A DNA stretch of 64,000 nt from an uncultured Gammaproteobacteria bacterium. Its GTDB lineage: Bacteria > Pseudomonadota > Gammaproteobacteria > UBA9214. This document shows positions 1-9,610 of this stretch, one piece after another (within the stretch, counting starts at the first letter, position 1; each line of letters opens with the position of its first letter). The stretch covers positions 320,001-384,000 of the forward strand of contig CAVVHS010000009.1 of NCBI GenBank assembly GCA_963748215.1, written 5' to 3'. The position numbers and the translations under genes were made by a program. The notes under the pieces were generated by a model. The model ran no database searches and was not told the origin of the DNA. It was given only the letters and a program-made list of their open reading frames with translations.

Positions 1-581
1 TTGGCCATGCCCAGTGCAACGAGTGCCTGGTACTTCTCGGCAATCACGGTCTCGCGCGGATAGGCCCTGAGCCTTGGGGCAGGGCCACCCAGTAACGTTG
101 GATACTCCATCACGACTGTTTCCGGTGTCACAGCGTCACCGAATCCGATGTCCGCCTGGATCGGGATCCGTGCACCGGCGAGCTGCCCTGTCAGCGTGAC
201 CCGCATGCCACCGTACTCGGTGTCGTCCCGGATGGATTCAACGCGAAGGCTTTCCGGGTCAAACGTGACGCTGTCTCCCTGAGCGGACATGGCGCACAGA
301 TCGCGGAAGACCTCGAGTAAACCCGTTTCGCTGCTGTCGCCAGAGCCAAGAAAGTCGACATCCCGGGTCGGCCGGTGCGGATTGCGACTCCATAGAATGA
401 ACAGCATGGCCCCTTTCAGTACGAAGCGATCTTGATGGGGCGAATGGCTCAGGCGGTAGAGGAGGCGCTCCAGACCGTAGCGCGTCAGCAGCAGCTGGAA
501 ATCCTCTCCACGCTCACGAGCGAGGGCAAGCAGCCGGTCCCGGGCGGATGCTGCAGAATTATTCTTCTCAGAGGGACTCAC
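1..581 (-). CDS. abiEii: Type IV TA toxin, AbiEii/AbiGii-family nucleotidyltransferase (runs off left edge)
   Basis: Manual translation from GTG at 581, which overlaps the antitoxin stop (GTGA): MSPSEKNNSAASARDRLLALARERGEDFQLLLTRYGLERLLYRL...RFVLKGAMLF...HRPTRDVDFL, a typical AbiEii N-terminus. Confidence 0.9.
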   Translation of the reverse strand, partial: MSPSEKNNSAASARDRLLALARERGEDFQLLLTRYGLERLLYRLSHSPHQDRFVLKGAMLFILWSRNPHRPTRDVDFLGSGDSSETGLLEVFRDLCAMSAQGDSVTFDPESLRVESIRDDTEYGGMRVTLTGQLAGARIPIQADIGFGDAVTPETVVMEYPTLLGGPAPRLRAYPRETVIAEKYQALVALGMA

Positions 582-1180
582 GCGGCCAGGGATTCCAGGT
601 AGGGCCGCATGACGTTGCGAACGCGGCAGACATCGGCGTAATGCCAGAGGTCGTCCATTTTGCAACGGCGTTCTTTCCAGCATTCCCGAAGGGCCTCGAT
701 CGCAACGTCGAGACCGATCTTGTTCCTGTACTTGAAGCAGTCGGCAACCGTTTTGGCCGGATTGAAGATGCGCACAGGCACACCTCCCAGTTTCTTGACA
801 ACGACCCCTTCATCGAGCGCCGTCTCCGAAAAATGCACGATGCGCAGGCGGGGATGCACGCCCCGAGGTCGCCAGGCCTTTTCGCCGATTGCGATCCATA
901 TTTCGAAAGGCGCCTGGGTGGTCAGCTCGTGAAAGCGGAGCGCGGATAGCAGACAGATCACGCCATTGGGAACGCGCTTTGCGGCTTCGGCGAGCGTGCG
1001 GTGCTCTGTGGCGCCTGTGGCCGGAAGTACGTACAAACCGCGCCCGATGCGCTCCAGGCGCCCGGCTTTGTGGAGACGGCTCAGGTAAGTTCGGGGTATG
1101 CCCAGTGGCTCGAGGTCGCGCGGCCGCAGTACCCCGGCATCCCGGACGAGCTCGAGCACCCTATTTGCCTGTTCGGACAT
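578..1180 (-). CDS. abiEi: Type IV TA antitoxin, AbiEi family
   Basis: 200 aa; N-terminal wHTH (LERIGRGLY), VICLLSALRFHELTTQ, KTVADCFKYRNKIGLDVAIEAL; translationally coupled to abiEii. Confidence 0.9.
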   Translation of the reverse strand: MSEQANRVLELVRDAGVLRPRDLEPLGIPRTYLSRLHKAGRLERIGRGLYVLPATGATEHRTLAEAAKRVPNGVICLLSALRFHELTTQAPFEIWIAIGEKAWRPRGVHPRLRIVHFSETALDEGVVVKKLGGVPVRIFNPAKTVADCFKYRNKIGLDVAIEALRECWKERRCKMDDLWHYADVCRVRNVMRPYLESLAA

Positions 1181-1249
1181 GGGCCAAATGTTACATTACC
1201 TCGGGGAATATGCAAATACCCCGAGGTATCGTAACATCAACTTTGGCCC
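1181..1249. promoter_or_regulatory. Inverted repeat, probable AbiEi operator
   Basis: ATGTTACATTACCTCGGGG (1188-1206) / CCCCGAGGTATCGTAACAT (1219-1237), 17/19 match, with outer GGGCCAAA/TTTGGCCC arms; directly upstream of the abiEi start. Confidence 0.7.
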
Positions 1250-1386
1250 AGTCAGGACATGAAGCCGCGCTGAGGGCTGAGTGAACTCGGGTAATATCTG
1301 GAGAGCTAATTACGCGAAGCAAGGGGGATTCATGGAGATTTTCCGGGCAGGTGATTGATGAATTGCGTAAGGGAAGCTAGACGATC

Positions 1387-2841
1387 ATGAGTCTGGACTT
1401 CAACACGCTGGATTTGCTGCGTCAGACTCATCCGGCGTGGCGGCTGCTAAATTCACCCCACGCACCACTGGTTGTGAGTTTTCTGCATCGGGCCTTCATC
1501 GATCCCAACGAGAGGGTGATCGCACAGGCAGACCTGGTGGAAAAACTGGAAGATGAGCTGTTTACACTGCGTGAACAGTTGGGTGATGAGATTTTTCCAA
1601 AGGCTGCACTGGAGTATCTGAATGACTGGGCCGGTAATGACAAGGGCTGGTTGCGAAAATTCTACCGCCAGGGTTCGGATGAGCCGTATTTTGACCTGAC
1701 GCCGGCCACAGAAAAGGCCGTCGCCTGGCTTGGTACCCTGACCGAGCGAAACTTTATCGGAACCGAGTCGCGTCTGTTGACGCTGTTCGAATTGCTCAAG
1801 CAGATCAGTACAGGCAGCGAGACCGATCCGCTAGTACGAATTGCCGAGCTGCAGAGGCGCCGTGATGAAATCGATGCCGAGAATGCTCGTGTGCTCGAGG
1901 GTGATATACCACTGCTGGACAACACGGCGCTGAAGGACCGCTTTCAGCAGTTCATGTTGATTTCGAGGGAATTACTCTCTGATTTTCGTCAGGTGGAGCA
2001 TAATTTCCGGTTGCTGGACCGGGGGGTGCGAGAACGGATCGCACTGTGGGAAGGAGGCAAGGGAGAATTGCTGGAGGAAATCCTGGGTGAGCGCGACACC
2101 ATTGCTGATTCTGATCAGGGACGCAGCTTTCGTGCATTCTGGGACTTCCTGATGTCCAGCGCACGACAGGAAGAATTCAGTCATTTGCTGGATCGGGTAT
2201 TGGCCCTGCCGGCGGTTGCCGAACTCAATCCGGATGCCCGTACCCGGCACGCACACTATGATTGGCTTGAGGCCGGTGAACATACCCAACGAACCGTGGC
2301 CCAACTTTCGCAACAGCTGCGCCGTTTTCTCGACGATCAGGCCTGGCTGGAGAATCGTCGCATTATGGAGATACTGAGAAGCATCGAAAGCAAGGCGCTG
2401 AGCGTGCGCGCGAGACCGCCGGATGGTGAGGTTGCAGTGATTCCGGCTATCGGGGTTGATATCGAACTGCCGATGGAACGACCGCTGTATTCACCGGCGC
2501 TGAAGATGCGAATCGCCGATCTCATCCTTGATGCAGAAGAGGCGGAGGTGGATGCCGCAGTGCTTTTTTCCCAGGTCGCTATCGACAAGGCGAAACTGTC
2601 GACGCATATCCGTCGTGCCCTGCAAGAAGTTCCGCAAATTACTCTGCAAGAACTGTGTGCACGATGGCCTCTCCAGCACGGATTGGCTGAACTGGTCGCC
2701 TATCTCGAGTTGTCGTGTGAAGATTTCAGATACACGATTGATGAGGCAGAGCAGGACAGTATCGTTTGGTGGGGCACGAGTCGTGATGGAGTGAAACAAA
2801 AGAAGCAGGCACAGCTTCCGCGGGTGATATTCGTTCGATGA
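1387..2841 (+). CDS. jetA: Wadjet JetA (DUF3375)
   Basis: 484 aa, HPAWRLL...PL, FIGTESRL, SDQGRSFRAFWDFL motifs; first of four overlapping genes. Confidence 0.9.
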   Translation: MSLDFNTLDLLRQTHPAWRLLNSPHAPLVVSFLHRAFIDPNERVIAQADLVEKLEDELFTLREQLGDEIFPKAALEYLNDWAGNDKGWLRKFYRQGSDEPYFDLTPATEKAVAWLGTLTERNFIGTESRLLTLFELLKQISTGSETDPLVRIAELQRRRDEIDAENARVLEGDIPLLDNTALKDRFQQFMLISRELLSDFRQVEHNFRLLDRGVRERIALWEGGKGELLEEILGERDTIADSDQGRSFRAFWDFLMSSARQEEFSHLLDRVLALPAVAELNPDARTRHAHYDWLEAGEHTQRTVAQLSQQLRRFLDDQAWLENRRIMEILRSIESKALSVRARPPDGEVAVIPAIGVDIELPMERPLYSPALKMRIADLILDAEEAEVDAAVLFSQVAIDKAKLSTHIRRALQEVPQITLQELCARWPLQHGLAELVAYLELSCEDFRYTIDEAEQDSIVWWGTSRDGVKQKKQAQLPRVIFVR

Positions 2842-3503
2842 ACAGCGAACAGGAAACCGGGATAACAGGTGCGGCACAGGGCCTGTCATCTCTGGTCATT
2901 CCCTTGCTCAAGGGCGTGATCTATCGCGATGAAGCAACCGCGCGTGGCACCGGCCAATGGAACGCTCTGCTCGATCTGCAGGCACGAGTGCGCGATTATG
3001 TATCCGTGATAGGTTTGGAACTGGTGCTGGACGAGGCCGAAGGTTATGCCTTCCTGCGTGCGCGTGGTCATGAGGATGAAGAGAGTGCGAAAAAATTGCC
3101 ACGCCTGGTGGCACGCCGGTCACTCTCGTTTCCGGTCAGCCTGTTGCTGGCCCTGTTGCGCAAGAAGCTGGCTGAGTTCGATGCAGGTGGTGGCCAGGAC
3201 GTGGAGGCGGGCAGGTTGGTGATGTCACGTGATGACATTGTCGAACTGGTGCGCGTTTTCCTGCCCGACACCAGCAACGAAGTCCGTTTGATGGATCGTG
3301 TGGATGGCGATATCAACAAGGTTGTCGAGCTGGGTTTCCTGCGCCGTATGCAGCCGCAGCCGGGGCAGCAGGCCCCGGAATTCGAGGTGCGCCGCATCCT
3401 GAAGTCCTTCGTCGATGCGCAATGGCTGGCTGAATTCGACGCACGTTTGGCTGCCTATCAGGCGCAACTTAGCGAGCAGGAACCCGATAAACGTGATGTC
3501 TGA
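2838..3503 (+). CDS. jetB: Wadjet JetB (DUF4194)
   Basis: 221 aa, [36 protein letters not shown]; ATGA overlap with jetA. Confidence 0.9.
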   Translation: MNSEQETGITGAAQGLSSLVIPLLKGVIYRDEATARGTGQWNALLDLQARVRDYVSVIGLELVLDEAEGYAFLRARGHEDEESAKKLPRLVARRSLSFPVSLLLALLRKKLAEFDAGGGQDVEAGRLVMSRDDIVELVRVFLPDTSNEVRLMDRVDGDINKVVELGFLRRMQPQPGQQAPEFEVRRILKSFVDAQWLAEFDARLAAYQAQLSEQEPDKRDV

Positions 3504-6500
3504 ATCTCCGCATACACCCGGACTGGATTTTGTTGCCGACGATACCCTGACGGGCTTTCGGCTGCAGCGGCTGGAGGTCTATAACTGGGGTACCTTTGAT
3601 AGACGAGTCTGGATCTTGCAAGCCGACGGCAACAATGCGCTGCTGACGGGTGATATTGGATCTGGCAAATCGACTCTGGTCGATGCCGTCACGACCCTGC
3701 TGGTGCCAGCGCACCGTGTGGCCTACAACAAAGCCGCCGGCGCCGACAGCAGAGAGCGGACGCTCAAGTCCTACGTCCTGGGTTATTACAAGACGGAGCG
3801 TAGTGAAGTCAGTGCCGCGGCAAAGCCCGTTGCCCTGCGTGATAACAGCAACTATTCAGTTATCCTCGGTGTGTTTCATAACGCCGGGTACGATCAGACA
3901 GTGACCCTGGCGCAGGTATTCTGGATCAAAGACGCGCAGGGGCAGCCTGCGCGTTTTTTTGTGGGTGCCGAGCGGGGTCTTGCCATCGCGAGCGACTTTG
4001 CCGGTTTCGGTACAGAGATAGTCTCGTTACGCAAGCGCTTGCGTGGAGAGGATGTTGAAGTGTTCGACAGCTTCCCACCCTACGGTGCCTGGTTCCGGAG
4101 ACGTTTCGGAATCGAAAACGAGCAGGCAATGGAGCTGTTTCATCAGACCGTTTCCATGAAATCCGTGGGCAATCTTACCGAGTTTGTCCGCAACCATATG
4201 CTCGAGCCATTTGATGTGATGCCGCGCATCGCGGCTCTTATCGCACACTTCGATGACCTGAATCGTGCTCACGAGGCGGTTCTCAAGGCCAAGCGACAGA
4301 TTGAGTTGTTGATGCCACTGGTGGCTGATTGCGATCGCCACCTGGAAGTGGCCAGTTCCACAGAAGATCTGCGCGGTTGCCGCGAGGCCTTGCGCATGTA
4401 TTTTGCAGTACTCAAGCTCGAACTCCTGGAGCATAGGATTACCGGACTGGGGGAGGAATGGGCGCGTCAGAACTTGCGCATCCAGGACCTCACGGAACAT
4501 CGGGATGCGCAACGTGCCCGGATTGTTGAGTTTAAACAAAGTATTGCCGACAATGGTGGCGACCGGCTGGAACGTCTCACGGAAGAGATGCGCGTCAAGG
4601 CGAGTGAGCGTGACGTTAGAAAGGCCAAAGCCGATCGCTACGCGGACCTGGTGCGAGCCGCCGGCGGGCATCCAGGTACGGATGCGGCTGCCTTCCAGGG
4701 ACAACACAAGGAATTCCAGCGTCAATTGGAGCTGTCCGCTGCGCGTGAGGCAGAACTGCAGAATGCACTGACCGAACAGACCGTGGAACTCCGTCAGTGC
4801 AAGCAGCAACATGACCAGCTCACGGCTGAGATCGACAGCCTGAAGGCCCGGCGCAGCAATATCCCTGCTGAACAGATCCGAATGCGCGACGCCCTGTGTG
4901 ATGCTCTGAATTTGTATACTGCTGACCTGTCGTTTGCCGGAGAGCTGCTGCAAGTGCGTGAGGATGAGCGGGACTGGGAGGGGGCTGCCGAGCGGTTGTT
5001 ACATAATTTCGGCCTGTCATTGCTGGTACCGGATGCCCATTACCAACGGGTCTCGGAGTGGGTGGATCGTACCCATCTGCGTGGCCGTCTGGTCTACTTC
5101 AGGGTGCGCGCTGGCATCCGTGGTGAGTTGCGGGCGCTGCACACTGATTCTCTGGTGCGCAAGCTTGCGATCAAGCCCGATACACCGTTTTACGAGTGGC
5201 TCGAAAGCGAGCTCGTGCGCCGTTTCGACGTTGCCTGCTGTGCAACCGGTGAGCAGTTCCGGCGTGAGACAAGGGGTATTACCCGGGCGGGCCAGATCAA
5301 GTCACCTGGCGAACGCCACGAAAAGGATGACCGACACCACATCAATGACCGCCGCCGTTATATATTGGGCTGGACCAATACCGGCAAGATTGCCGCCCTG
5401 GAGGCCGAACAGCGGCAACTGGAGATGCGGTTGGGCGAACTGGGGAGTCGCGTCGCGAAGGTGCAGTCCGGGCAGGCCGCCCTCAGCAAGCAGCGAGATC
5501 TGTTGCTGAAACTCGATGAATATCGCGATTACCGGGAGCTGGACTGGTGTTCTCTGGCCGCCGAGGTGGCGCGGCTTGAAGAGGAGAAACGGCAGCTGGA
5601 GAGTGCCTCTGACATGCTCAGGGAACTGACCGGCCAACTGAATGCGCTGGCACAATCATTAACTGCAACCGAGAAACAGCTGGAGGAGCGCCTGGCCGGG
5701 CGGGCCAGAACCGAGCAGAAACAGGAGGACGCCGCTGCCCTGCAGGTGCAGACCCGGACATTGCTTGCAGAACCGGTGGTTCAGGCCCATGAGGTTCGAT
5801 TCACGGCCTTGGATAAACTGCGTGCCGAGGCCCTGGGGGAGCATCGATTGACCGTGGAGTCCTGCGACAACCGCGAGCGTGACATGCGCGAATGGCTGCA
5901 GGCTCGAATCGACGCAGATGAATCACGTCTTAAACGGCTGGGTGAGAAGATTATTCGCACAATGACCGAATACAAGGAGGCCTTCCGGCTGGAAACGGCG
6001 GAGGTGGATGCCAGTATCGAGGCGGCACATGAGTACAGCGCAATGCTGGTTGCACTACAGGCTGATGATCTGCCGCGTTTCGAGGCGCGCTTCAAGGATC
6101 TGCTTAACGAGAACACCATCCGCGAGGTGGCCAACTTCCAGTCGCAACTCGCCCGCGAACGCGAGGAAATCAAGGAGCGCATCACGCGCATCAACGAATC
6201 GCTGGCGCAGATTGACTACAACCCGGCACGCTACATAAAAATCGAACCCCGGCCGAGTACAGATGCCGAGATTCGAGACTTCCAAAACGAGTTGCGCGCC
6301 TGTACCGAAGGTGCGCTAACCGGTTCCGAAGATGCGCAGTATTCAGAAGCCAAGTTTTTACAGGTCAAGCATATCATCGAGCGTTTTCGCGGGCGTGAGG
6401 GCCAGACTGAGTCTGATCGCCGCTGGACTGCCAAGGTGACTGATGTACGCAATGGCTTTACATTCGCTGCCAGCGAGCGCTGGCGCGAGGATGATAGCGA

Positions 6501-6873
6501 GCACGAACACTATTCCGACTCGGGCGGGAAGTCAGGTGGTCAGAAGGAGAAGCTCGCCTACACCATCCTGGCCGCCAGTCTGGCCTATCAATTTGGGCTG
6601 GAATGGGGAGCAGTGCGCTCGCGATCGTTCCGCTTCGTGGTGATTGATGAGGCATTCGGGCGTGGCTCGGATGAGTCCGCGCAATACGGCCTACGGCTGT
6701 TCGCGAAACTCAATCTGCAACTGTTGATCGTCACACCCCTGCAGAAAATCCACATCATAGAGCCCTTCGTTAACAGTGTCGGTTTTGTCCACAACGAGGA
6801 CGGCCGAGCCTCCATGCTACGCAATCTCACCATCGAGGAGTACCGGGAGGAGAGAGCGAGGGCTGTCCAGTGA
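3496..6873 (+). CDS. jetC: Wadjet JetC, SMC-like ATPase
   Basis: NWGTF, Walker [10 protein letters not shown], long coiled coil, signature KSGGQ, Walker B VVIDEAF; ATG 3496 (overlapping jetB end) preferred over 3415. Confidence 0.92.
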   Translation: MSESPHTPGLDFVADDTLTGFRLQRLEVYNWGTFDRRVWILQADGNNALLTGDIGSGKSTLVDAVTTLLVPAHRVAYNKAAGADSRERTLKSYVLGYYKTERSEVSAAAKPVALRDNSNYSVILGVFHNAGYDQTVTLAQVFWIKDAQGQPARFFVGAERGLAIASDFAGFGTEIVSLRKRLRGEDVEVFDSFPPYGAWFRRRFGIENEQAMELFHQTVSMKSVGNLTEFVRNHMLEPFDVMPRIAALIAHFDDLNRAHEAVLKAKRQIELLMPLVADCDRHLEVASSTEDLRGCREALRMYFAVLKLELLEHRITGLGEEWARQNLRIQDLTEHRDAQRARIVEFKQSIADNGGDRLERLTEEMRVKASERDVRKAKADRYADLVRAAGGHPGTDAAAFQGQHKEFQRQLELSAAREAELQNALTEQTVELRQCKQQHDQLTAEIDSLKARRSNIPAEQIRMRDALCDALNLYTADLSFAGELLQVREDERDWEGAAERLLHNFGLSLLVPDAHYQRVSEWVDRTHLRGRLVYFRVRAGIRGELRALHTDSLVRKLAIKPDTPFYEWLESELVRRFDVACCATGEQFRRETRGITRAGQIKSPGERHEKDDRHHINDRRRYILGWTNTGKIAALEAEQRQLEMRLGELGSRVAKVQSGQAALSKQRDLLLKLDEYRDYRELDWCSLAAEVARLEEEKRQLESASDMLRELTGQLNALAQSLTATEKQLEERLAGRARTEQKQEDAAALQVQTRTLLAEPVVQAHEVRFTALDKLRAEALGEHRLTVESCDNRERDMREWLQARIDADESRLKRLGEKIIRTMTEYKEAFRLETAEVDASIEAAHEYSAMLVALQADDLPRFEARFKDLLNENTIREVANFQSQLAREREEIKERITRINESLAQIDYNPARYIKIEPRPSTDAEIRDFQNELRACTEGALTGSEDAQYSEAKFLQVKHIIERFRGREGQTESDRRWTAKVTDVRNGFTFAASERWREDDSEHEHYSDSGGKSGGQKEKLAYTILAASLAYQFGLEWGAVRSRSFRFVVIDEAFGRGSDESAQYGLRLFAKLNLQLLIVTPLQKIHIIEPFVNSVGFVHNEDGRASMLRNLTIEEYREERARAVQ

Positions 6874-8078
6874 ACTGGACCGGTCCCCGTGAACTGCATG
6901 TGCAATTACTGCGCTGTTGGAATCGCGGTGATCTGCTGACCGGAATGGTTTCCGGTGAATCAATATTCCCCCAACGATTGACATTGAAAGCACCCACATC
7001 CGCACAGATGACGGATGACTTCGACAAGGTGCGCGACTGGATCGCCGCCTTACGCTCACTGCCACACTACCGGATCGAGATGCGCGAGGTGCGTCATCGG
7101 GTACTCGGCGCAAACGAGGTGCCGGCGGCAGTCTGGGTGGATACTCTCGACGATGCCCTGGCCATATTGGGTAAATCCCGTGAGGCCAAACGTTTCGCGA
7201 GTATGGTCGAGCGTACTCGACTGCGGCAACCTCTGCTGCTCGAATGGCTTGCCTGCAAGCCGCTCAAGGCGCACGAGTTGGCTGAGGTCTGGGATCGGCT
7301 CCTGGATGTAACCGAGTGGGTCCAGCAGCACCCTCGTCCGGGCATATACCTGCGACAGATTGATATCCCCGGAGCCCATAGCAAATTCATCGAGGCACAC
7401 AGGGGCGTTCTGCTCCAGTGGCTGGACCGGCTCTTGCCGCCTGAGGCTGTCAATAACAGTGCCACTGGCGTCTCCGGGTTTGCCAGCCGGTACGGATTTC
7501 GTGACAAGTCCCAGCGTATTCGTCTGCGTGCGCTAGATCCCGAGCATGCACTATTACCGCGGTCGGTGAATGCGGACATTACTCTGGATGCTGAAAGCTT
7601 TGACTCCCTGTCGCCTGCAGTTTCACGGGTATTTATCACGGAGAATGAGATCAATTATCTGGCTTTCCCGCCGGTGCCAGACAGCCTGCTGATATTCGGC
7701 GCCGGTTACGGTTTTGAGGTGCTGGCACAAGCTGCATGGTTGGCTAGCTGCCAGGTGTATTACTGGGGTGACATTGATACACACGGTTTCGCGATACTGG
7801 ATCAGCTGCGCGCATATCTGCCCCATGCGCATTCCCTTTTAATGGACCGTGATACGCTACTGGCCTTCAAGGCCCAATGTGGCAGGGAGGAAAAACAGAC
7901 GCTTCGGGACTTGTCTCGCCTGAATACTGAGGAGCGCGCACTGTACGATGACCTGAGAGACAACCGTCTGGGCAAGAATTTGCGCCTGGAGCAGGAACGC
8001 ATCGGATTCGGCTGGGTCGAGAATGCACTGGCTTTATTGCTGTCTCGCAAGCAGATTTCCAGCATGGAAAATGGTTGA
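6870..8078 (+). CDS. jetD: Wadjet JetD, Toprim nuclease (DUF3322+DUF2220)
   Basis: [44 protein letters not shown]; catalytic E and DxD intact. Confidence 0.92.
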   Translation: MNWTGPRELHVQLLRCWNRGDLLTGMVSGESIFPQRLTLKAPTSAQMTDDFDKVRDWIAALRSLPHYRIEMREVRHRVLGANEVPAAVWVDTLDDALAILGKSREAKRFASMVERTRLRQPLLLEWLACKPLKAHELAEVWDRLLDVTEWVQQHPRPGIYLRQIDIPGAHSKFIEAHRGVLLQWLDRLLPPEAVNNSATGVSGFASRYGFRDKSQRIRLRALDPEHALLPRSVNADITLDAESFDSLSPAVSRVFITENEINYLAFPPVPDSLLIFGAGYGFEVLAQAAWLASCQVYYWGDIDTHGFAILDQLRAYLPHAHSLLMDRDTLLAFKAQCGREEKQTLRDLSRLNTEERALYDDLRDNRLGKNLRLEQERIGFGWVENALALLLSRKQISSMENG

Positions 8079-8150
8079 GGGTACAGGAGGAAGAGCTGGC
8101 CCTGCGCGGACCTTCCAGCATTTTGTCTGTATTGCTGTCGCCATTCCTCT

Positions 8151-8560
8151 GTGGGAGTTTTGCGGGACTCGGTTATGCATCGTCCTGCATCGTGGTGCAC
8201 AGATCGCAACGGGCGCTACGGTAAGTTGTTGAATAAAAAGGCTGAAAAATCGCCTTTCTGTACTTTTAATCTGATGGTCGTTGGTTCGAGCCGAGGACGA
8301 CGCAGTCGGCCGAGACAACAGCGTCGCATCAGCGACGCTGACCCCGAAGGGGCGAGGGCGCAGCCCGAGTAATCCAACACGACCCACCATTAAATCAATC
8401 ACTTAATTCCGATTTTTCATCCCGGTAAAAATTGATTGCGGGGATTTTGCGGGGATTAACCGCAAATCTTCTCCATTAACATAATCTCGCCCGTAGTAAA
8501 TTCAATTGCTTGCGCGTCAGCAACCGATTCGAACTGTCGTTTCCTGGACCAAAAAATCCG
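8151..8560 (+). repeat. att-like repeat copy 1 (tRNA-Lys 3' half with 82-nt T-loop insert)
   Basis: Arm-like GGGAGTTTTGCGGGA; phased TGCA repeats; IHF-like TAAGTTGTTGAA 8222-8233; tRNA-Lys fragment 8262-8289; insert 8290-8371; ATCCAACACGACCCACCA 8372-8389; IHF consensus AATCAATCACTTA 8393-8405; arm GGGGATTTTGCGGGGAT 8440-8456. Confidence 0.9.
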
Positions 8561-8586
8561 CTGCTCGTAATCGTGTAAGGGTTCAT

Positions 8587-8604
8587 GGGGACAGATCACG
8601 TTTT
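8587..8604 (+). repeat. Solo copy of the RAYT terminal repeat
   Basis: GGGGACAGATCACGTTTT, 17/18 identical to 13308-13325. Confidence 0.75.
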
Positions 8605-8816
8605 TTCCGCTTTCGTTCCAGTCGCGAACTGCATACGGCCCAAGAATGTATCGGGCCCCTTGTTACTTGAGCGGCATGATATGGCCAGAATGACTCGTGC
8701 TGGCGTGCAATGATCATTCACTGGGTCACGACCTGCGAGCAGGGCGATGAGATGTCGATGAACGCTGGCTGTGCGGGTAGTTGTAACACGCAGATACCCT
8801 GGAGGGCGGAGAGGAC

Positions 8817-9218
8817 ATGATGATGTCAATATGTTTCATGCCAGTTTCTTGCAGAACGGCCATGGTGTTGTTCGCATTGCTTGTGTTTGTGACGGGTTAT
8901 GCGTCGGCAGCTGACAAGACACTGAAGATTGACCCGCGGCATGTGGAAGGGGTGCAGGACATGCGTTCTGAAGTCAGGTCCTTGCTGGAAGATCTGGGTT
9001 TCGAATGGCAGCCCATAGCTGATCCCACCACAGGGCAGCCAGTGCAGGTGGCCGAACAACACGGTCAGTACAGAATGTTGTCCAGTGCTGCAGACAATGC
9101 CTCTGTACAGATCGATGTGCACATTCGGATATCCGACAAGGTGACAGGCCTGCATTTCCAGGAACTGGGCGCAGACTCGCCCGGTGACGCTGCAATGGAC
9201 TATTTCCGCAAGATCTAG
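8817..9218 (+). CDS. Exported hypothetical protein, probably cut short by a premature TAG
   Basis: Signal-peptide-like N-terminus; the frame continues after TAG 9216-9218 as ERLILEFGA. Confidence 0.5.
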   Translation: MMMSICFMPVSCRTAMVLFALLVFVTGYASAADKTLKIDPRHVEGVQDMRSEVRSLLEDLGFEWQPIADPTTGQPVQVAEQHGQYRMLSSAADNASVQIDVHIRISDKVTGLHFQELGADSPGDAAMDYFRKI

Positions 9219-9254
9219 GAACGGCTCATACTGGAATTCGGCGCAACTACGGCA

Positions 9255-9585
9255 ATGAATCTCAACCTTGACGCTGGTATCCTGTACGTGGACGAGAACT
9301 TCGATGTGGCCCCGGATTATGACTACCGGGCACTCGGCTGGATGTTCAGTTTCGACCGCTTCCTGGCGCCCGACCGCGTGCAGTTCTACCACCGGGATAA
9401 CGGCCTGCTGGACGTCAGCGACAGTGACAACCTCACCATCAATTCCTGGACTGGCTTCCGCTTCCCGCTCTACAGGGGCATCGTTGCCAGCACCGAGGCC
9501 GAAAATTGAGTACGACGGCGGGGCACCGGATAATGTCGACAAGACCGACACAACCTACCGGATCAAGCTGGGTTACCAGTGGTAA
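9255..9585 (+). pseudogene. C-terminal fragment of a DUF481-like outer-membrane beta-barrel, frameshifted near 9503
   Basis: Alternating beta-strand pattern ending TDTTYRIKLGYQW; N-terminal half missing; extra A in GAAAATT. Confidence 0.6.
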
Positions 9586-9610
9586 CCGCTGATACAACGG
9601 GGCAAGGGGC

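Noticed and set aside
4027-4953. Long antisense ORFs (e.g. 4027-4953, 17992-18882, 37422-38567, 60380-61270)
   Set aside because: They shadow well-supported genes on the opposite strand, as expected from GC-rich codon usage.
8290-8371. Group I/II or archaeal-type tRNA intron
   Set aside because: 82 nt is too short for a self-splicing intron, no bulge-helix-bulge is evident, and the host tRNA is only a fragment.
8240-8389. Functional tRNA-Lys or tRNA-Met genes in the five repeats
   Set aside because: Only the anticodon loop to CCA is present; there is no 5' acceptor strand or D-arm, and the T-loop is interrupted.
8034-8402. Short ORFs over the repeats (also 15010-15461, 40602-40817, 42147-42488, 55286-55585)
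   Set aside because: Starts, stops and frames differ between copies; they are by-products of a GC-rich non-coding repeat.
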